64,000 bases of DNA from an uncultured virus (IMG/VR IMGVR_UViG_3300006137_000088) (IMGVR_UViG_3300006137_000088); one strand, 5' to 3'. Counted from the stretch's first letter, positions 17,278 to 26,987 are shown. Made by a program: numbers and translations. The notes: generated by a model from the sequence alone, not told the origin.

Positions 17278-18774
17278 TCACGCTTCAATCGTGGGGTCGT
17301 CCACGAAAACGCAGAGGGGCGACGAGCAGTGCGCAGACGCATGCGTAGCCGCGTGGTACGCAGACGCATAGAACGCGCCCGCAGTCGCGCCATGGTACGC
17401 GCGACCGCCAGCAGCACGGACCCGGAGGCCTGTCTGCGTCGCTCCGTTGGTCCAGAAATAGTCGGCGTAATAGGTACTTGTGCTGCCGCCTACCGCCGTA
17501 GGCATCATACACAGCCCCTTGGTGCTCACGCGCTTTATGTACCCCTCGGCCTGGGGACACTCCGCCACTTTCAGCAGACCCTCCACACTGTTGGGGTTGA
17601 AGTCCGCATACATCGACGGCGCCACATACACCTCGGTCTTTACCCCCGCTTCCTGGCTCACGGTCAGCCCGCGTGTCCAGCGCCACAGGTGCCCGTAGCC
17701 CGCATGTACCAGACCAAAGAACACCGGCACCTGGAATGTCTTGTACGGTGCCGCCTGGTCCTCGGCCGCCTCGCTTGCCGGCAGCCCGTATTCAACCAGC
17801 CCCGTGCCATCGCCCATTTCCAGGCCCACGCTCGTAGGGATCACGGGATAATAAGCGTTATAACCGTCCCAGTCCGGCATGTCGGTTACACCTGTGCCGA
17901 AGCCGCCCTGATACAGCCCGTCGGCGTCCTTTTCGGCGTTATAGGGCGCCTGGCTGTTGCGCGTGCCCATGATTACGGCAAACAGGATTTGCACCGCTGC
18001 CTGTGCCACAAACCAGTTGGCCTCCCAGCCCTCGCCCCGCTTCCGCGCGTTGGTGCCGAATGCCGTTGTGCTCAGGTTCGTGGCCGCCATGCCCAGCATC
18101 GTAACCTGGGGAGCGTCCGCGCCTGGGTGTTTGGCTTTGTTCGCCACATTCAGAGCCGCCCCGGCGCCGCCGCGATAGCGCTCCGCCTCGCTGATTACCG
18201 AGCACAGCTTCTGTTCCGTGCGGTCCATTACCGCCGCGCCCAGCCAGCTTGTGCCGCCGACGGGTATCTTCACGCTCTTGTACCCCTCCAGCGGTTTCAG
18301 GGTGATCGCCCAGTATGTGCGCGCCGCCGTTACTATCTCGGTGAAATACCACGCGCGGCTCCAGCACCACATGCACTGTCCCATGCTGCCGTCAAGTGCC
18401 GCCGGGCTTCCGTCCGCAAACCGCGTGCTGTCCTTGGGGTCCAGCTTGTGCAGCTCCCGGTCGTCTGTTACCAGGTAGCGGCCCAGTCCCAGTGTTTCCG
18501 GCAGTCGCTTCAAAAAGTCAAGCGACCCAAACCAGCCGCCGGCCGTCGGCGTAGCCTGGTCGTTGGCCCACCAGCGGCCCGCTATCGGGTTGCCTGCTTC
18601 CGCAACGGCGCGCTCAAGCTCCATGCTCCGCGTCTCGCCGCTCGCGTCCATTACCTCTATGCGCATGGCTCCCGGCTCACCCTCGGCGGGGTCAAGCTCG
18701 TTTATGCGCTTGCCGTTCTCAAAGGCCGCAAGCAGTTCGCGCACCTTTGCTTCTTCCTGTTCGTTAAATGCCAT
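17278..18774 (-). CDS. DGR target protein (putative receptor-binding, CLec fold)
   Basis: C-terminus contains the VR; GYGHLWRW and terminal SSPLC motifs; lies in the tail module. Confidence 0.9.
   Translation of the reverse strand: MAFNEQEEAKVRELLAAFENGKRINELDPAEGEPGAMRIEVMDASGETRSMELERAVAEAGNPIAGRWWANDQATPTAGGWFGSLDFLKRLPETLGLGRYLVTDDRELHKLDPKDSTRFADGSPAALDGSMGQCMWCWSRAWYFTEIVTAARTYWAITLKPLEGYKSVKIPVGGTSWLGAAVMDRTEQKLCSVISEAERYRGGAGAALNVANKAKHPGADAPQVTMLGMAATNLSTTAFGTNARKRGEGWEANWFVAQAAVQILFAVIMGTRNSQAPYNAEKDADGLYQGGFGTGVTDMPDWDGYNAYYPVIPTSVGLEMGDGTGLVEYGLPASEAAEDQAAPYKTFQVPVFFGLVHAGYGHLWRWTRGLTVSQEAGVKTEVYVAPSMYADFNPNSVEGLLKVAECPQAEGYIKRVSTKGLCMMPTAVGGSTSTYYADYFWTNGATQTGLRVRAAGGRAYHGATAGAFYASAYHAATHASAHCSSPLCVFVDDPTIEA
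17315..17429 (-). repeat. DGR variable repeat (VR)
   Basis: Adenine-specific divergence from TR; 3' end of the target ORF. Confidence 0.97.
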
Positions 18775-18810
18775 TTTAATGACTGTTTAAGGGTTGTTTA
18801 TTTATTCAGT

Positions 18811-19458
18811 TTAATACTCGTTGCTGTATATCTCATAATCTTCATCACTAACCGCGCTTATGCTCACGGCTTGATAGTTCGCTTCGGTCATTTGCGTGGC
18901 CGCATAGCTCTTTATCACGATTTTGGTAATGTCGAATATTGCCAGGAACTCACTGTGCACCTCGATTGCCGTTTTGGTGTCAAGCAGCTGCCGGAGTGTC
19001 CGCAGTTCGTCCCCGGGGTATTCGTCTGCGATCACGCCGTCGCGCACCGCCTGAACGCCCACAACCAGGTTGACCGCCCAGTCCCCGGAGTTGATGTATT
19101 CCTTGACAGTGCCGTCCCGCCCCACAAGCGCCGTGCTCACTATCCGGTTCTCCCGGCTTACCGCCGCCACCGCGTCGGGCAGCTCCACCTCCAGCGTCCC
19201 ACTCTCGGTCTGCGCCCGCAGCTTCACCGGGCACAGAACATAACGGCCCTCCCACCACGCGCGGTCTGTTATCGGCACGCCCCGGTCCTGCGCCTTGATT
19301 GCTTCGCCGCGACCCTCCCAGCTCGGTGCCTCGCCCTGGCGTCCCTCGCCGAAGCGCACAAGCCGCTTCGACATATAGTTCGCCCAGCTTATCGCTGCCA
19401 GGTCTATGCTGAACGGCATTTTTATGCCGCCTAAGCTCGGTTGTGGAATTATGCTCAT
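18811..19458 (-). CDS. Tail-associated protein (DUF6046-like)
   Basis: IVSTALVGRDGTVKEYI..GDW; follows tape measure. Confidence 0.6.
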   Translation of the reverse strand: MSIIPQPSLGGIKMPFSIDLAAISWANYMSKRLVRFGEGRQGEAPSWEGRGEAIKAQDRGVPITDRAWWEGRYVLCPVKLRAQTESGTLEVELPDAVAAVSRENRIVSTALVGRDGTVKEYINSGDWAVNLVVGVQAVRDGVIADEYPGDELRTLRQLLDTKTAIEVHSEFLAIFDITKIVIKSYAATQMTEANYQAVSISAVSDEDYEIYSNEY

Positions 19459-21626
19459 GAGGTTGCCAGTTGGGTATCGTTGAGCGCACCCGTCAGGGTT
19501 TCAAGTATTACCGCTTTGACCTGCTCGGCACTTTCGCCGACAGTCGCGCTGTGTATCTCGAAACGCTCAACCAATTTTTCAATGTTGATTGTGATATTTT
19601 TGATTTTGCCGCCGCTGTCGCTTCCACTGCCGGCACCTGTTCCGGACGCGCCGGAAAGGCTGCCGCCGGTAGGATCTACCGTCGGGACTGTAACCTCCGG
19701 CACTGCGGCGGCTGTTGTGTTGGCTGCCGGCTTTTTGCCTTTTGACTTGGCTTTGTCGGCGGCTTCTTTTTTCGCGGCTTCGCTCATTTCGGCCTCGTAG
19801 GCTTCATTAAACGCCTGCCCGATTTGCTTGCCGTAGTCGCTGAATCCGGCTTTCAGTTTTTGCAGGGCTGCCGATATGCCGCCGGCGTCCAGACTGAACG
19901 CCGCTTTAATCAGGTCGCCCAATGCTCCGAACACCTGCTTTGCCATGTCGCCTATGCCCGTAAAACAAGCCTTGAACGCCGCCCATGTGCCTTTGAGAAC
20001 GGCACGGAATTTTGCCGAAGTGTTCCAGAAATATGCGCCTATGGCTATAAGGGCGGCAATGGCAGCAGCCACCCAGCCAATTATCGGGATATTCATGATC
20101 GCAACACCTACGGCCCGGCACGCGGCGGTCGCGGTGGTGGCGAACACGCCGAATGATGTTGAAGCAATGCCGGAGAACGTGGCGGAAGCGGTGCCTCCGG
20201 TTATAAATGACAGTACCAGCGCGCCCAGACCTTTGAGAGCGTTAAAAATGCCGACGGTGGCAAACCTTACCAGGCCGATAGTCGCACGCCCTATATTGCC
20301 GATAAAGCCCAGCGATATCATGTTGCTTGTGGATAGGGTGCCGTTCATCAGCGCGACACTCACGGCGGCAGACCTTACCCAGCCGACAATGCCCGCCCAC
20401 ATGCCGGACCAGTTAAGCCCCTTGATTAAGAGCATGCCTTTCCACACGGCCGTAATAAGTGGCGCGAGCTGTGCCAGCGGCACCAGTGCCGAAGTCAGCA
20501 CGCCGCACCAAAGGGAAAAATCGCCGGTCGCCTGGAATATGGAAATTTTCAGATCCTCAAACTGCTGGTTCACCCGTGCCTGCCGCTCGGCGTAACTGTC
20601 CATGACAATAGCGGCCTGTTCGGTCGCGCTGTTGGTGCCTGTAACGGCGTCCGTAAAGCCTTGTAATGCGTCGGTGCCCTGGATAAGCGCACGGGCGGCG
20701 TTGGCGTTTTCAACACCAAAGAATTTCGACAGCAGCGCGGAGTCGTTAAGCATCGGTTTCAGCATTTCGAGGCGCTCTTTAAGGCTCTTGGAGTTGTCGC
20801 CCAGGGCTACAACATCAATGCCGGCCTTTTCCAGTTCCTCGCGCGCCTGCTTCTCAACGAAGCGGCCTTTGCTGAGCTGACCCAGAACGTTGCGCAGTGC
20901 TACGCCTCCCTCGCTGGCCTTTTTGCCTGCTTTGTCAAGTACCTGGATAGCGGCGTTGGTTTCCTCGAAGCTGACATTTGCAGCCTTGGCGGCCATACCG
21001 CACTGCTGGAGTGCGGCGCTTATCGCCGGAAGTTCTGCGGAGCCTGCCTGTCCGGCCGCCGCCATTACGTTCATCATGCGCGCCATTTCCCCGGCTGCCG
21101 CTGTCGGGTCCTCCATGCTCACCCCGTACTGGTTCATCGCCGTGGTAAGCACCTGAGCCGCTGCCACGCCGTCCCCGCCCATCAGCTTGCTGGTCGTCTG
21201 TATGCAGTCGCCCATCTCCCTGAGCGCGTCCGGATATTTACCCAGTTCCGGCGTGAGCTGTGAGAGCAGCAGCTTGTAACCCTCGACGGCCACGCTGGCG
21301 TCGGTGCCGAACGCTTTGGCGCTCTGCCGTGCGAATGTCTCAATCTGTTTCAGCCCGTCGCCCGTAACACCGGCCACCGCGCTGAGGTCGTGCATCTGGC
21401 TGTCCAGCTTTATGCCGGCGCTGCTCAGCTGGCTAACCCCGTCGGCGACATTCTGAAAAACATCTTTCAGATATGAGAACGTGGCAAGCGCACTCGTCAG
21501 ACTCATGGTCCGGCTCTGCGCAACCTCAGCCTGGGCGGAAAAGTTGCCCGCTGCGGCACTCATGCCGCTTATCTGGGCTGTGAAATTGCCGCCTATGTTG
21601 AAAATGTAGTCGAATACGCTTGCCAT
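19455..21626 (-). CDS. Tail tape measure protein
   Basis: 723-aa Ala-rich helical protein with TP901-like core (DLSAVAG, NVMAAA..AGSAEL) and hydrophobic segments. Confidence 0.9.
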   Translation of the reverse strand: MASVFDYIFNIGGNFTAQISGMSAAAGNFSAQAEVAQSRTMSLTSALATFSYLKDVFQNVADGVSQLSSAGIKLDSQMHDLSAVAGVTGDGLKQIETFARQSAKAFGTDASVAVEGYKLLLSQLTPELGKYPDALREMGDCIQTTSKLMGGDGVAAAQVLTTAMNQYGVSMEDPTAAAGEMARMMNVMAAAGQAGSAELPAISAALQQCGMAAKAANVSFEETNAAIQVLDKAGKKASEGGVALRNVLGQLSKGRFVEKQAREELEKAGIDVVALGDNSKSLKERLEMLKPMLNDSALLSKFFGVENANAARALIQGTDALQGFTDAVTGTNSATEQAAIVMDSYAERQARVNQQFEDLKISIFQATGDFSLWCGVLTSALVPLAQLAPLITAVWKGMLLIKGLNWSGMWAGIVGWVRSAAVSVALMNGTLSTSNMISLGFIGNIGRATIGLVRFATVGIFNALKGLGALVLSFITGGTASATFSGIASTSFGVFATTATAACRAVGVAIMNIPIIGWVAAAIAALIAIGAYFWNTSAKFRAVLKGTWAAFKACFTGIGDMAKQVFGALGDLIKAAFSLDAGGISAALQKLKAGFSDYGKQIGQAFNEAYEAEMSEAAKKEAADKAKSKGKKPAANTTAAAVPEVTVPTVDPTGGSLSGASGTGAGSGSDSGGKIKNITINIEKLVERFEIHSATVGESAEQVKAVILETLTGALNDTQLATS

Positions 21627-21680
21627 GTCGTTTTTATTTGTTATATTTGTAGCGAGTTACACAAGTAACCGGTTTTTAAT

Positions 21681-21806
21681 ATGTTCAGCTTCCTGTTGAA
21701 AGTCATTTGCTACGGCGCGCTCCTCGCTTATGTGGGGTGGGCTATTTATGCGCTTTACCGGGCTGTTTTCAAAGCCGGCAAAAACGGGTCGCTCCCCTGG
21801 CTTTAA
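21681..21806 (+). CDS. 41-aa membrane peptide (moron-like)
   Basis: MFSFLLKVICYGALLAYVGWAIYALYRAVFKAGKNGSLPWL*; TATATTTG promoter element at 21642-49; antisense to the tail operon. Confidence 0.6.
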   Translation: MFSFLLKVICYGALLAYVGWAIYALYRAVFKAGKNGSLPWL

Positions 21807-22021
21807 TGCTTCTCTCCGAACAATGACGCTATAAGCTCCGCCCGGTTGCGGTTGCGCCAGCGCTCCAGCCATAAGGCCTGACCGTACAGCGCCGCCCAAT
21901 CTTCCTCACTTTCGATTTCATCGGCATTTATATGCAGGTTCGCCCGGATAAGGGCGCACCCCTTGGCGAATGTATCCTCGTGGTCGTTCTCCGCCAGGGT
22001 GTGCGCCTCTACAAGTTTTTT
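21803..22021 (-). CDS. Tail assembly chaperone -1 frameshift extension (gpGT-like)
   Basis: A AAA AAC slippery site (22021-22015); -1 frame open to TAA at 21803 (KLVEAHTLAENDHED...LFGEKH*). Confidence 0.75.
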   Translation of the reverse strand, partial: KKLVEAHTLAENDHEDTFAKGCALIRANLHINADEIESEEDWAALYGQALWLERWRNRNRAELIASLFGEKH

Positions 22022-22356
22022 AGCGACCCCATGCAGCCGTTAAGCAGTTTGTTGAGCTGCACCTGTGCGGCCATGAAAAGCACCATGTCTTCACGGACAT
22101 ATTTACTGCCGCCCAGGAAACAGTGCTCGAACATCACACGCCCAGACTCGACCTCATCGGTCTTTGCTATTTTGGTCGTTGTCTTGACTGTGGAAAAGTC
22201 CGGGCGCTTGAAATACACGATGTGCGTTTCGTCCCCGTCCACTATGTCCACGCGGAACACTTTGCGATGTTTGGCTTTCCATTCTTTTATGTTGGCTTCA
22301 CTCACGCCCCCGTCAAATGTTTTGGCCTCGGGTGCTGTCTGTTCCTGATTTTCCAT
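22009..22356 (-). CDS. Tail assembly chaperone (gpG-like)
   Basis: Between tube and tape measure; ends GSLKNL at a slippery site. Confidence 0.8.
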   Translation of the reverse strand: MENQEQTAPEAKTFDGGVSEANIKEWKAKHRKVFRVDIVDGDETHIVYFKRPDFSTVKTTTKIAKTDEVESGRVMFEHCFLGGSKYVREDMVLFMAAQVQLNKLLNGCMGSLKNL

Positions 22357-22462
22357 ACTGTTTTAATGCTGTTTAATCGGTTTTTAATCGGAGTGATTGT
22401 GTGCCCCCGGTTTTCTCCCGGCGGCACACTTGTTTTGTTGCTGTTTAGCCGCTTGCGGCGAC

Positions 22463-22909
22463 TTACGCGGCTTTGCCCCATTCGATGTGTGAGGGTACGC
22501 CGGGGAGTTCCACCTCCTGGCCGGTGTCCCCCTCTTTCCATTTGCGGGCGTTTTCCGAAAAATGGATATTGCGGATCTTGTCCGTTACCAGCTGCCCGCT
22601 GTCGGGGATATACTGCACTATGATATCCACCGGAGGCAGGTCTTGAAGTCGGCCCGTCGGACTCTGCGCCGACAGTGCCTGCACCTCTTCCTGGTACAGT
22701 ATAAGTTTGCAGCTCGGCGTGATTCTCCCTTTGGCACGGCCCACAGGGTAACGCCCGGCGCCCCACTTGTTCACTATCTCCTGACTTTCGCTGTACTCCA
22801 CGCCGGTAATGCCCGTTACAGGCACACCGCCGACAAGCACCACGATGTCGGCCCATGATACCAGCATACCGTTGACCATTGGGATGCCGTTGTTTATTAC
22901 ACTTGCCAT
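22463..22909 (-). CDS. Tail tube protein
   Basis: 148 aa after sheath; SWADI...GITGVEY...WGAGRYPVGR. Confidence 0.75.
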   Translation of the reverse strand: MASVINNGIPMVNGMLVSWADIVVLVGGVPVTGITGVEYSESQEIVNKWGAGRYPVGRAKGRITPSCKLILYQEEVQALSAQSPTGRLQDLPPVDIIVQYIPDSGQLVTDKIRNIHFSENARKWKEGDTGQEVELPGVPSHIEWGKAA

Positions 22910-22933
22910 TGCTTTGAGTGTTTGGGGTTATGG

Positions 22934-24139
22934 TTATACGGTCTTTGCAAAACCGATTTTAATTCTCACGTGGCGCATTACAGGCACGGCCACCTTCTTG
23001 AGCACGATGTCAACCGTGCTGCTGGCGGCTACGTCCTGGTCGGGGTCGATCTCGGCTTTGTAGCCGCTCAGTTCTCCGGCTTTTTCCATATCCTCCAGCG
23101 CGTGCCCCGCAACTGTTTCCAGATGCGCCACGGTATAGCTGGCGAGTTTGCCGGTGTCGGCGTCCACATACACGTTGCCGCCGAGTTCCGGTATCAGGTA
23201 GGCACGCACGCCGCGCGCCCCCTTGTCCATTGTGCGCACGCTCTCGATGCTGGCGTAGTCGCTCTTGGCGTCGTCCATTGTGTGGCTGTCGTTCATATAG
23301 CTGCCGCTCTGCCCCTGCTGGGTTACAAAGAACAGGTAGCGCGCCGTGTCCAGCTGCTCCACCAGGGCTTTGTCCAGGTCGCGCAGCAGGGTGCCGTCGC
23401 CGAACGCCGGCAGGCTTATGCCGGTGGGAAATTCCTTGACCCATGCGATGCACTGGTGCACCTTGGCTTTGCTTATCAGTCCCAGCACCACGCCCAGACC
23501 GCTGACACTCGCTTTGGCGGCATTGGTTTTGTCCTTGTACAGCTCGGCGCCCACACCGCTGCCAGCCTGGCCGATTACGACGCTGACACGGCATTTGCCG
23601 CCGCCGGCCAGCTTGGTGGAGATTTGTTTCACGTTGGCTACTTTCGGCGCATACACCACCGACAGCTCCGCGCCCTGCGCCTCCAGCGTGTCGGCCTGTC
23701 CCTGGAGTGCCACCAGGTCGTCCTCGCTCGGCACGCGGTCGCCGCACCAAACGCCGAGCTGGCGGATGCGCCCGTCGGCGAAGTTCTGCACGGTCTTGAT
23801 TTCCGCAAAGGTCATGTTATCCCCCTGCGGCTTCTCGAAGATGCCGACATACAGGCTGACAGCCGGGTTGATGCGGTAGAGCTCGCTCAGGTGGTAGTGA
23901 AGCACCCGCACGGCCCATGGGGCTGCCGTCTGCGTGCCGTCCGCGGCCGTGGTATAGTCCACGATCCCGGCGGCCTCGGCTGCGTCTATGGTCGAAAGTG
24001 CCTGCACCCTCTCAGTCTTGAAGCCAGCCGGTATGTCGCCGGCGGCCATGTATATGACCAGACCCGTGATATGGTCTTCGCCCGGCAGCGACTTGGGTAC
24101 GTTGCCGTTCTGGCGGTTTATACTTAGGCTCGTGCTCAT
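22934..24139 (-). CDS. Tail sheath protein (DUF2586-like)
   Basis: 401 aa; SDYASIESVRTMDK, IDPDQDV. Confidence 0.8.
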   Translation of the reverse strand: MSTSLSINRQNGNVPKSLPGEDHITGLVIYMAAGDIPAGFKTERVQALSTIDAAEAAGIVDYTTAADGTQTAAPWAVRVLHYHLSELYRINPAVSLYVGIFEKPQGDNMTFAEIKTVQNFADGRIRQLGVWCGDRVPSEDDLVALQGQADTLEAQGAELSVVYAPKVANVKQISTKLAGGGKCRVSVVIGQAGSGVGAELYKDKTNAAKASVSGLGVVLGLISKAKVHQCIAWVKEFPTGISLPAFGDGTLLRDLDKALVEQLDTARYLFFVTQQGQSGSYMNDSHTMDDAKSDYASIESVRTMDKGARGVRAYLIPELGGNVYVDADTGKLASYTVAHLETVAGHALEDMEKAGELSGYKAEIDPDQDVAASSTVDIVLKKVAVPVMRHVRIKIGFAKTV

Positions 24140-24447
24140 TTCGCGGTTACTTTTAGGGTTGTTTTATCGCCCAGATTACGGGCGTGCTCCTTGGCGTCCC
24201 CCTCCTGGGGGAATACCTGACCGTCGCTCGTTACCCATGCCTGTGTGAGTTGGTGGCGCTTGCACGCTTCCACTCCCACGGCTCTGAGGACACTTGCGCC
24301 GCTCTCCGTCTCGCTCTTGGTTTTCGCCTTGGGCTTTGACTCGCTCTTGGCTTTCGTTGCCTTGGATTCGGCGGCTTCGGGCTGCTGACCGGTCTGCTGT
24401 TCCGCACCCTCATGGGCGGCAGCTGCTTCTTTATTTTCGTTGCTCAT
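24136..24447 (-). CDS. Hypothetical protein
   Basis: 103 aa; VTSDGQVF. Confidence 0.65.
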   Translation of the reverse strand: MSNENKEAAAAHEGAEQQTGQQPEAAESKATKAKSESKPKAKTKSETESGASVLRAVGVEACKRHQLTQAWVTSDGQVFPQEGDAKEHARNLGDKTTLKVTAK

Positions 24448-24982
24448 GTCGTTTGCGTTTTTTGAATTTGTAAATTATCCACCCGGCTGCTGCCAGGATC
24501 ATTATTGCCGCCGCCCATGCCGCGCCCTGTTTCATGCGCTCCCACAGGCTCGGCGCCTTGGTGGCCGTTACCGTTACCTCGTCCAGCTCCCCGCCCTCAT
24601 ATTCCAGGGCGGTGTCGCTCTCGGCGGTCGCGGCGGCTGCCGTCTGCTCGACCGTCCGGCTGGTGCCGTTCTGGTCGTGCCGTTGCTTTACGCGCGCTTT
24701 TACCGGCGGCAGTCCCGTTTCCGGGTCTTTGGGCTGTGTGGTGTCGTAGATTTCAATCTCCGTTTCCGTTACACCCTCCGTCTGCTCCGTCCGGGTCGTC
24801 TCGCGCTTTTCCTCGTTCCGGCTTTCGGTGTGCCCGGTCGCTGTCAGTGCCTCCGTCGCTTCCGTCCGGCTCTGCTCCACCGCCTTTCGGCTGGAGCAGC
24901 AGCTCGTATTTGACAGGGCAGCGGTCAACATGAGGACAGCCCCAAATACGCTCCAAAGCCTTGTTGAGCCTCTGAACATCAT
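24431..24982 (-). CDS. Putative unimolecular spanin-like lipoprotein
   Basis: N-terminal hydrophobic segment with TSC/CSS lipobox-like site, C-terminal TM (AAWAAAIMILAAAGWIIY) and basic tail; lysis cassette; start uncertain. Confidence 0.55.
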   Translation of the reverse strand: MMFRGSTRLWSVFGAVLMLTAALSNTSCCSSRKAVEQSRTEATEALTATGHTESRNEEKRETTRTEQTEGVTETEIEIYDTTQPKDPETGLPPVKARVKQRHDQNGTSRTVEQTAAAATAESDTALEYEGGELDEVTVTATKAPSLWERMKQGAAWAAAIMILAAAGWIIYKFKKRKRHEQRK

Positions 24983-25232
24983 TGCGTAAGTTGATTATTT
25001 CGGCTTTGAGCGGCGGAACAATACTCTCCATGAGTATGTCCGACGCCTTGCGCACGTTCTCCAGCTCGTGGCTCTTGACCTCGGCGAGCTTGTCTTTCAT
25101 ATCTGCCCGCAGCTGGTCCACCTCGGCCTGATACTTGGCGCGCATTAGCCGGCTGCCAACCCATGCCCCTACCGGGGTAGCTATCGCCGCCACAAGCGCC
25201 GATACTATGATTGTGATTATTTCGCCGCTCAT
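24753..25232 (-). CDS. Holin/spanin-like membrane-anchored coiled-coil protein
   Basis: N-terminal TM plus coiled coil, directly after the endolysin. Confidence 0.55.
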   Translation of the reverse strand: MSGEIITIIVSALVAAIATPVGAWVGSRLMRAKYQAEVDQLRADMKDKLAEVKSHELENVRKASDILMESIVPPLKAEIINLRNDVQRLNKALERIWGCPHVDRCPVKYELLLQPKGGGAEPDGSDGGTDSDRAHRKPERGKARDDPDGADGGCNGNGD

Positions 25233-25239
25233 TCATGCG

Positions 25240-25869
25240 TTACTGTTTAATGCCCACTTTCGTGAGCCATGTTTTTACGTTGAAGCTCGGGCACGCCTTG
25301 TTGGCAAATTCATTATGCCCGTGCACCGTCGCGCCGGGGTATTGCTTGAGCTGCTCTTTTACCAGCTTAACAAGCGCAGCCTCCTGCGCCGGGGTGCGCG
25401 TGTCCTTGCTCTTGTCTTTCCAGCCCGGCGTTGTGCGCGGCGGGCAGCCGCCCACAATGCTGATGCCGATTGACCGCGTGTTGTGCCCCTTGCAGTGCGC
25501 CCCGGCTATCGCCACAGGGCGTCCCCGGCGCACCTCGCCGTTAAGCCCTATGATGAAGTGATAGCCTATGTCGGAAAAACCGCGCGCAAGGTGCGCCGCC
25601 TTGATCTGGGCGTTGGAAAATTCCTCGCCCTCCGGCGTGGCGGTGCAGTGCAGAATGATTTCATCTACTTTGCGCCCACCGGCGGCAACGCCCAGCGCGG
25701 CCCATGTCCGGGCACCGACAACGCCGTCAGGCGTCAGCCCCTTGGCCTTTTGCAGCTCCTTGACCGCTTCCTCGGTCAAAGGTCCGAAAATGCCGTCGGC
25801 CATGAGGTTCAGTTTCCTTTGCAGGGTCTTGACCTCCGCGCCTCTGCTGCCTTTCCTTAGTGTTGTCAT
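25240..25869 (-). CDS. Endolysin: PG-binding domain plus N-acetylmuramoyl-L-alanine amidase
   Basis: LRKGSRG..V..LQ...DGIFG; IILHCTAT, DIGYHF, GAHC.GHN, GHNEFANKACPSF. Confidence 0.92.
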   Translation of the reverse strand: MTTLRKGSRGAEVKTLQRKLNLMADGIFGPLTEEAVKELQKAKGLTPDGVVGARTWAALGVAAGGRKVDEIILHCTATPEGEEFSNAQIKAAHLARGFSDIGYHFIIGLNGEVRRGRPVAIAGAHCKGHNTRSIGISIVGGCPPRTTPGWKDKSKDTRTPAQEAALVKLVKEQLKQYPGATVHGHNEFANKACPSFNVKTWLTKVGIKQ

Positions 25870-25881
25870 TCGGCTATATTG

Positions 25882-26967
25882 TTACGCTGCTACCTTGGCG
25901 CTTACGATTGCCGCGCGGCACTTGGTTGAGGACAGCGGCAGACAGATGCCGTACTGGTCGAAGTTCACCAGGCTGCGGTGGTATAGCGGGTCTTTGCTGG
26001 CTTCGCTGTGGTAAAACTCTGCGCTGCCGTAGGCTTTCATCATGCGGCCTGCATAGAACGCCACAGATGCGCGGGCGTCGGTAGCCGCCGGGACTGCACC
26101 CCATGCCAGCTTTTTGCCGGTGCTCATATTGTAGTAGGGCGTGCCGTCGTATTCGTAGATGTCGAAGCCATACATACGGCAGACCTTGCCGTCGGTCTGG
26201 TTCATGTTGTAGTGCTCCTTGAATTTCTGTTCGGTCTCGAGCAGGTCATTCACATGGTCGGAACAAAGCACCAGCACGCGATCTTTGCCGGGTATGCCCA
26301 TTTTGTCAAACTGGCGCTTCAGGTTCAGCAGGTCGGCAAAGGTCATTTTCTTGCGGGTGCCGTCGCTCGCGCCGGTGGTCTTGATAACGGGGATGTCCGT
26401 TGCGTTTTCGTCGGGTGCGATTGCATGGATGCCGCGCTGGGCTATCTTCTCGCGCAGTGCCTCGCGGTGGCGCTCCAGAACGCTTGCCATTTTGTCGTAG
26501 CTGCTGGCGTGGAGCTCGTCCTTGGTTACGGGCGTGGCCTCGGTGCTGAATTTGTCCAGGCTGATAGGCTTGTCGGCGTCGGTCAGCGCGGTAATGGCCA
26601 GCGGATAGGTCGTGTTATTGACAAGCACGGCAGGGTCGCCGCCGATTGCCACAAAATGGATTACGTCCTGGTTCACATACTGGTTGTAACTGCGGATACG
26701 CTGCATCCACCCCAGCGCCTCGGGCGCGGTGCGGAAAGCCTTGATCATCTCGCCGGTCCATATCTCTGTGAACACTCCGGCGCGAAGCGCCCCGGCAGGG
26801 GCGAAACGGCCTCCTACAAGCGCCAGCACATTGCCGGCTACTGCCCCGGCGCCGGGGGCGCAGCCTACGGCCACGGCAAGCGTCGCGCCGGCCGCAGCGT
26901 TGAATGTTACGGCCGTGAGCATCATGCACACAAGGCCGAAAATTTTAGCGAAAAATTTACTTTTCAT
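25882..26967 (-). CDS. Major capsid protein (putative) with hydrophobic N-terminal extension
   Basis: Follows protease/scaffold; EIWTGEMIK, GFDIYEY. Confidence 0.75.
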   Translation of the reverse strand: MKSKFFAKIFGLVCMMLTAVTFNAAAGATLAVAVGCAPGAGAVAGNVLALVGGRFAPAGALRAGVFTEIWTGEMIKAFRTAPEALGWMQRIRSYNQYVNQDVIHFVAIGGDPAVLVNNTTYPLAITALTDADKPISLDKFSTEATPVTKDELHASSYDKMASVLERHREALREKIAQRGIHAIAPDENATDIPVIKTTGASDGTRKKMTFADLLNLKRQFDKMGIPGKDRVLVLCSDHVNDLLETEQKFKEHYNMNQTDGKVCRMYGFDIYEYDGTPYYNMSTGKKLAWGAVPAATDARASVAFYAGRMMKAYGSAEFYHSEASKDPLYHRSLVNFDQYGICLPLSSTKCRAAIVSAKVAA

Positions 26968-26987
26968 TGTTGTGGTTGGTTTGGTGT

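Noticed and set aside
17329..19434. 701-aa plus-strand ORF and similar long antisense ORFs (22922-24127, 26008-26991, 36570-37901, 42554-43582)
   Set aside because: Shadow frames of GC-rich genes that have clear motifs on the other strand
21657..21899. 80-aa minus ORF
   Set aside because: Better explained by the gpGT-like extension in another frame plus the plus-strand 41-aa peptide
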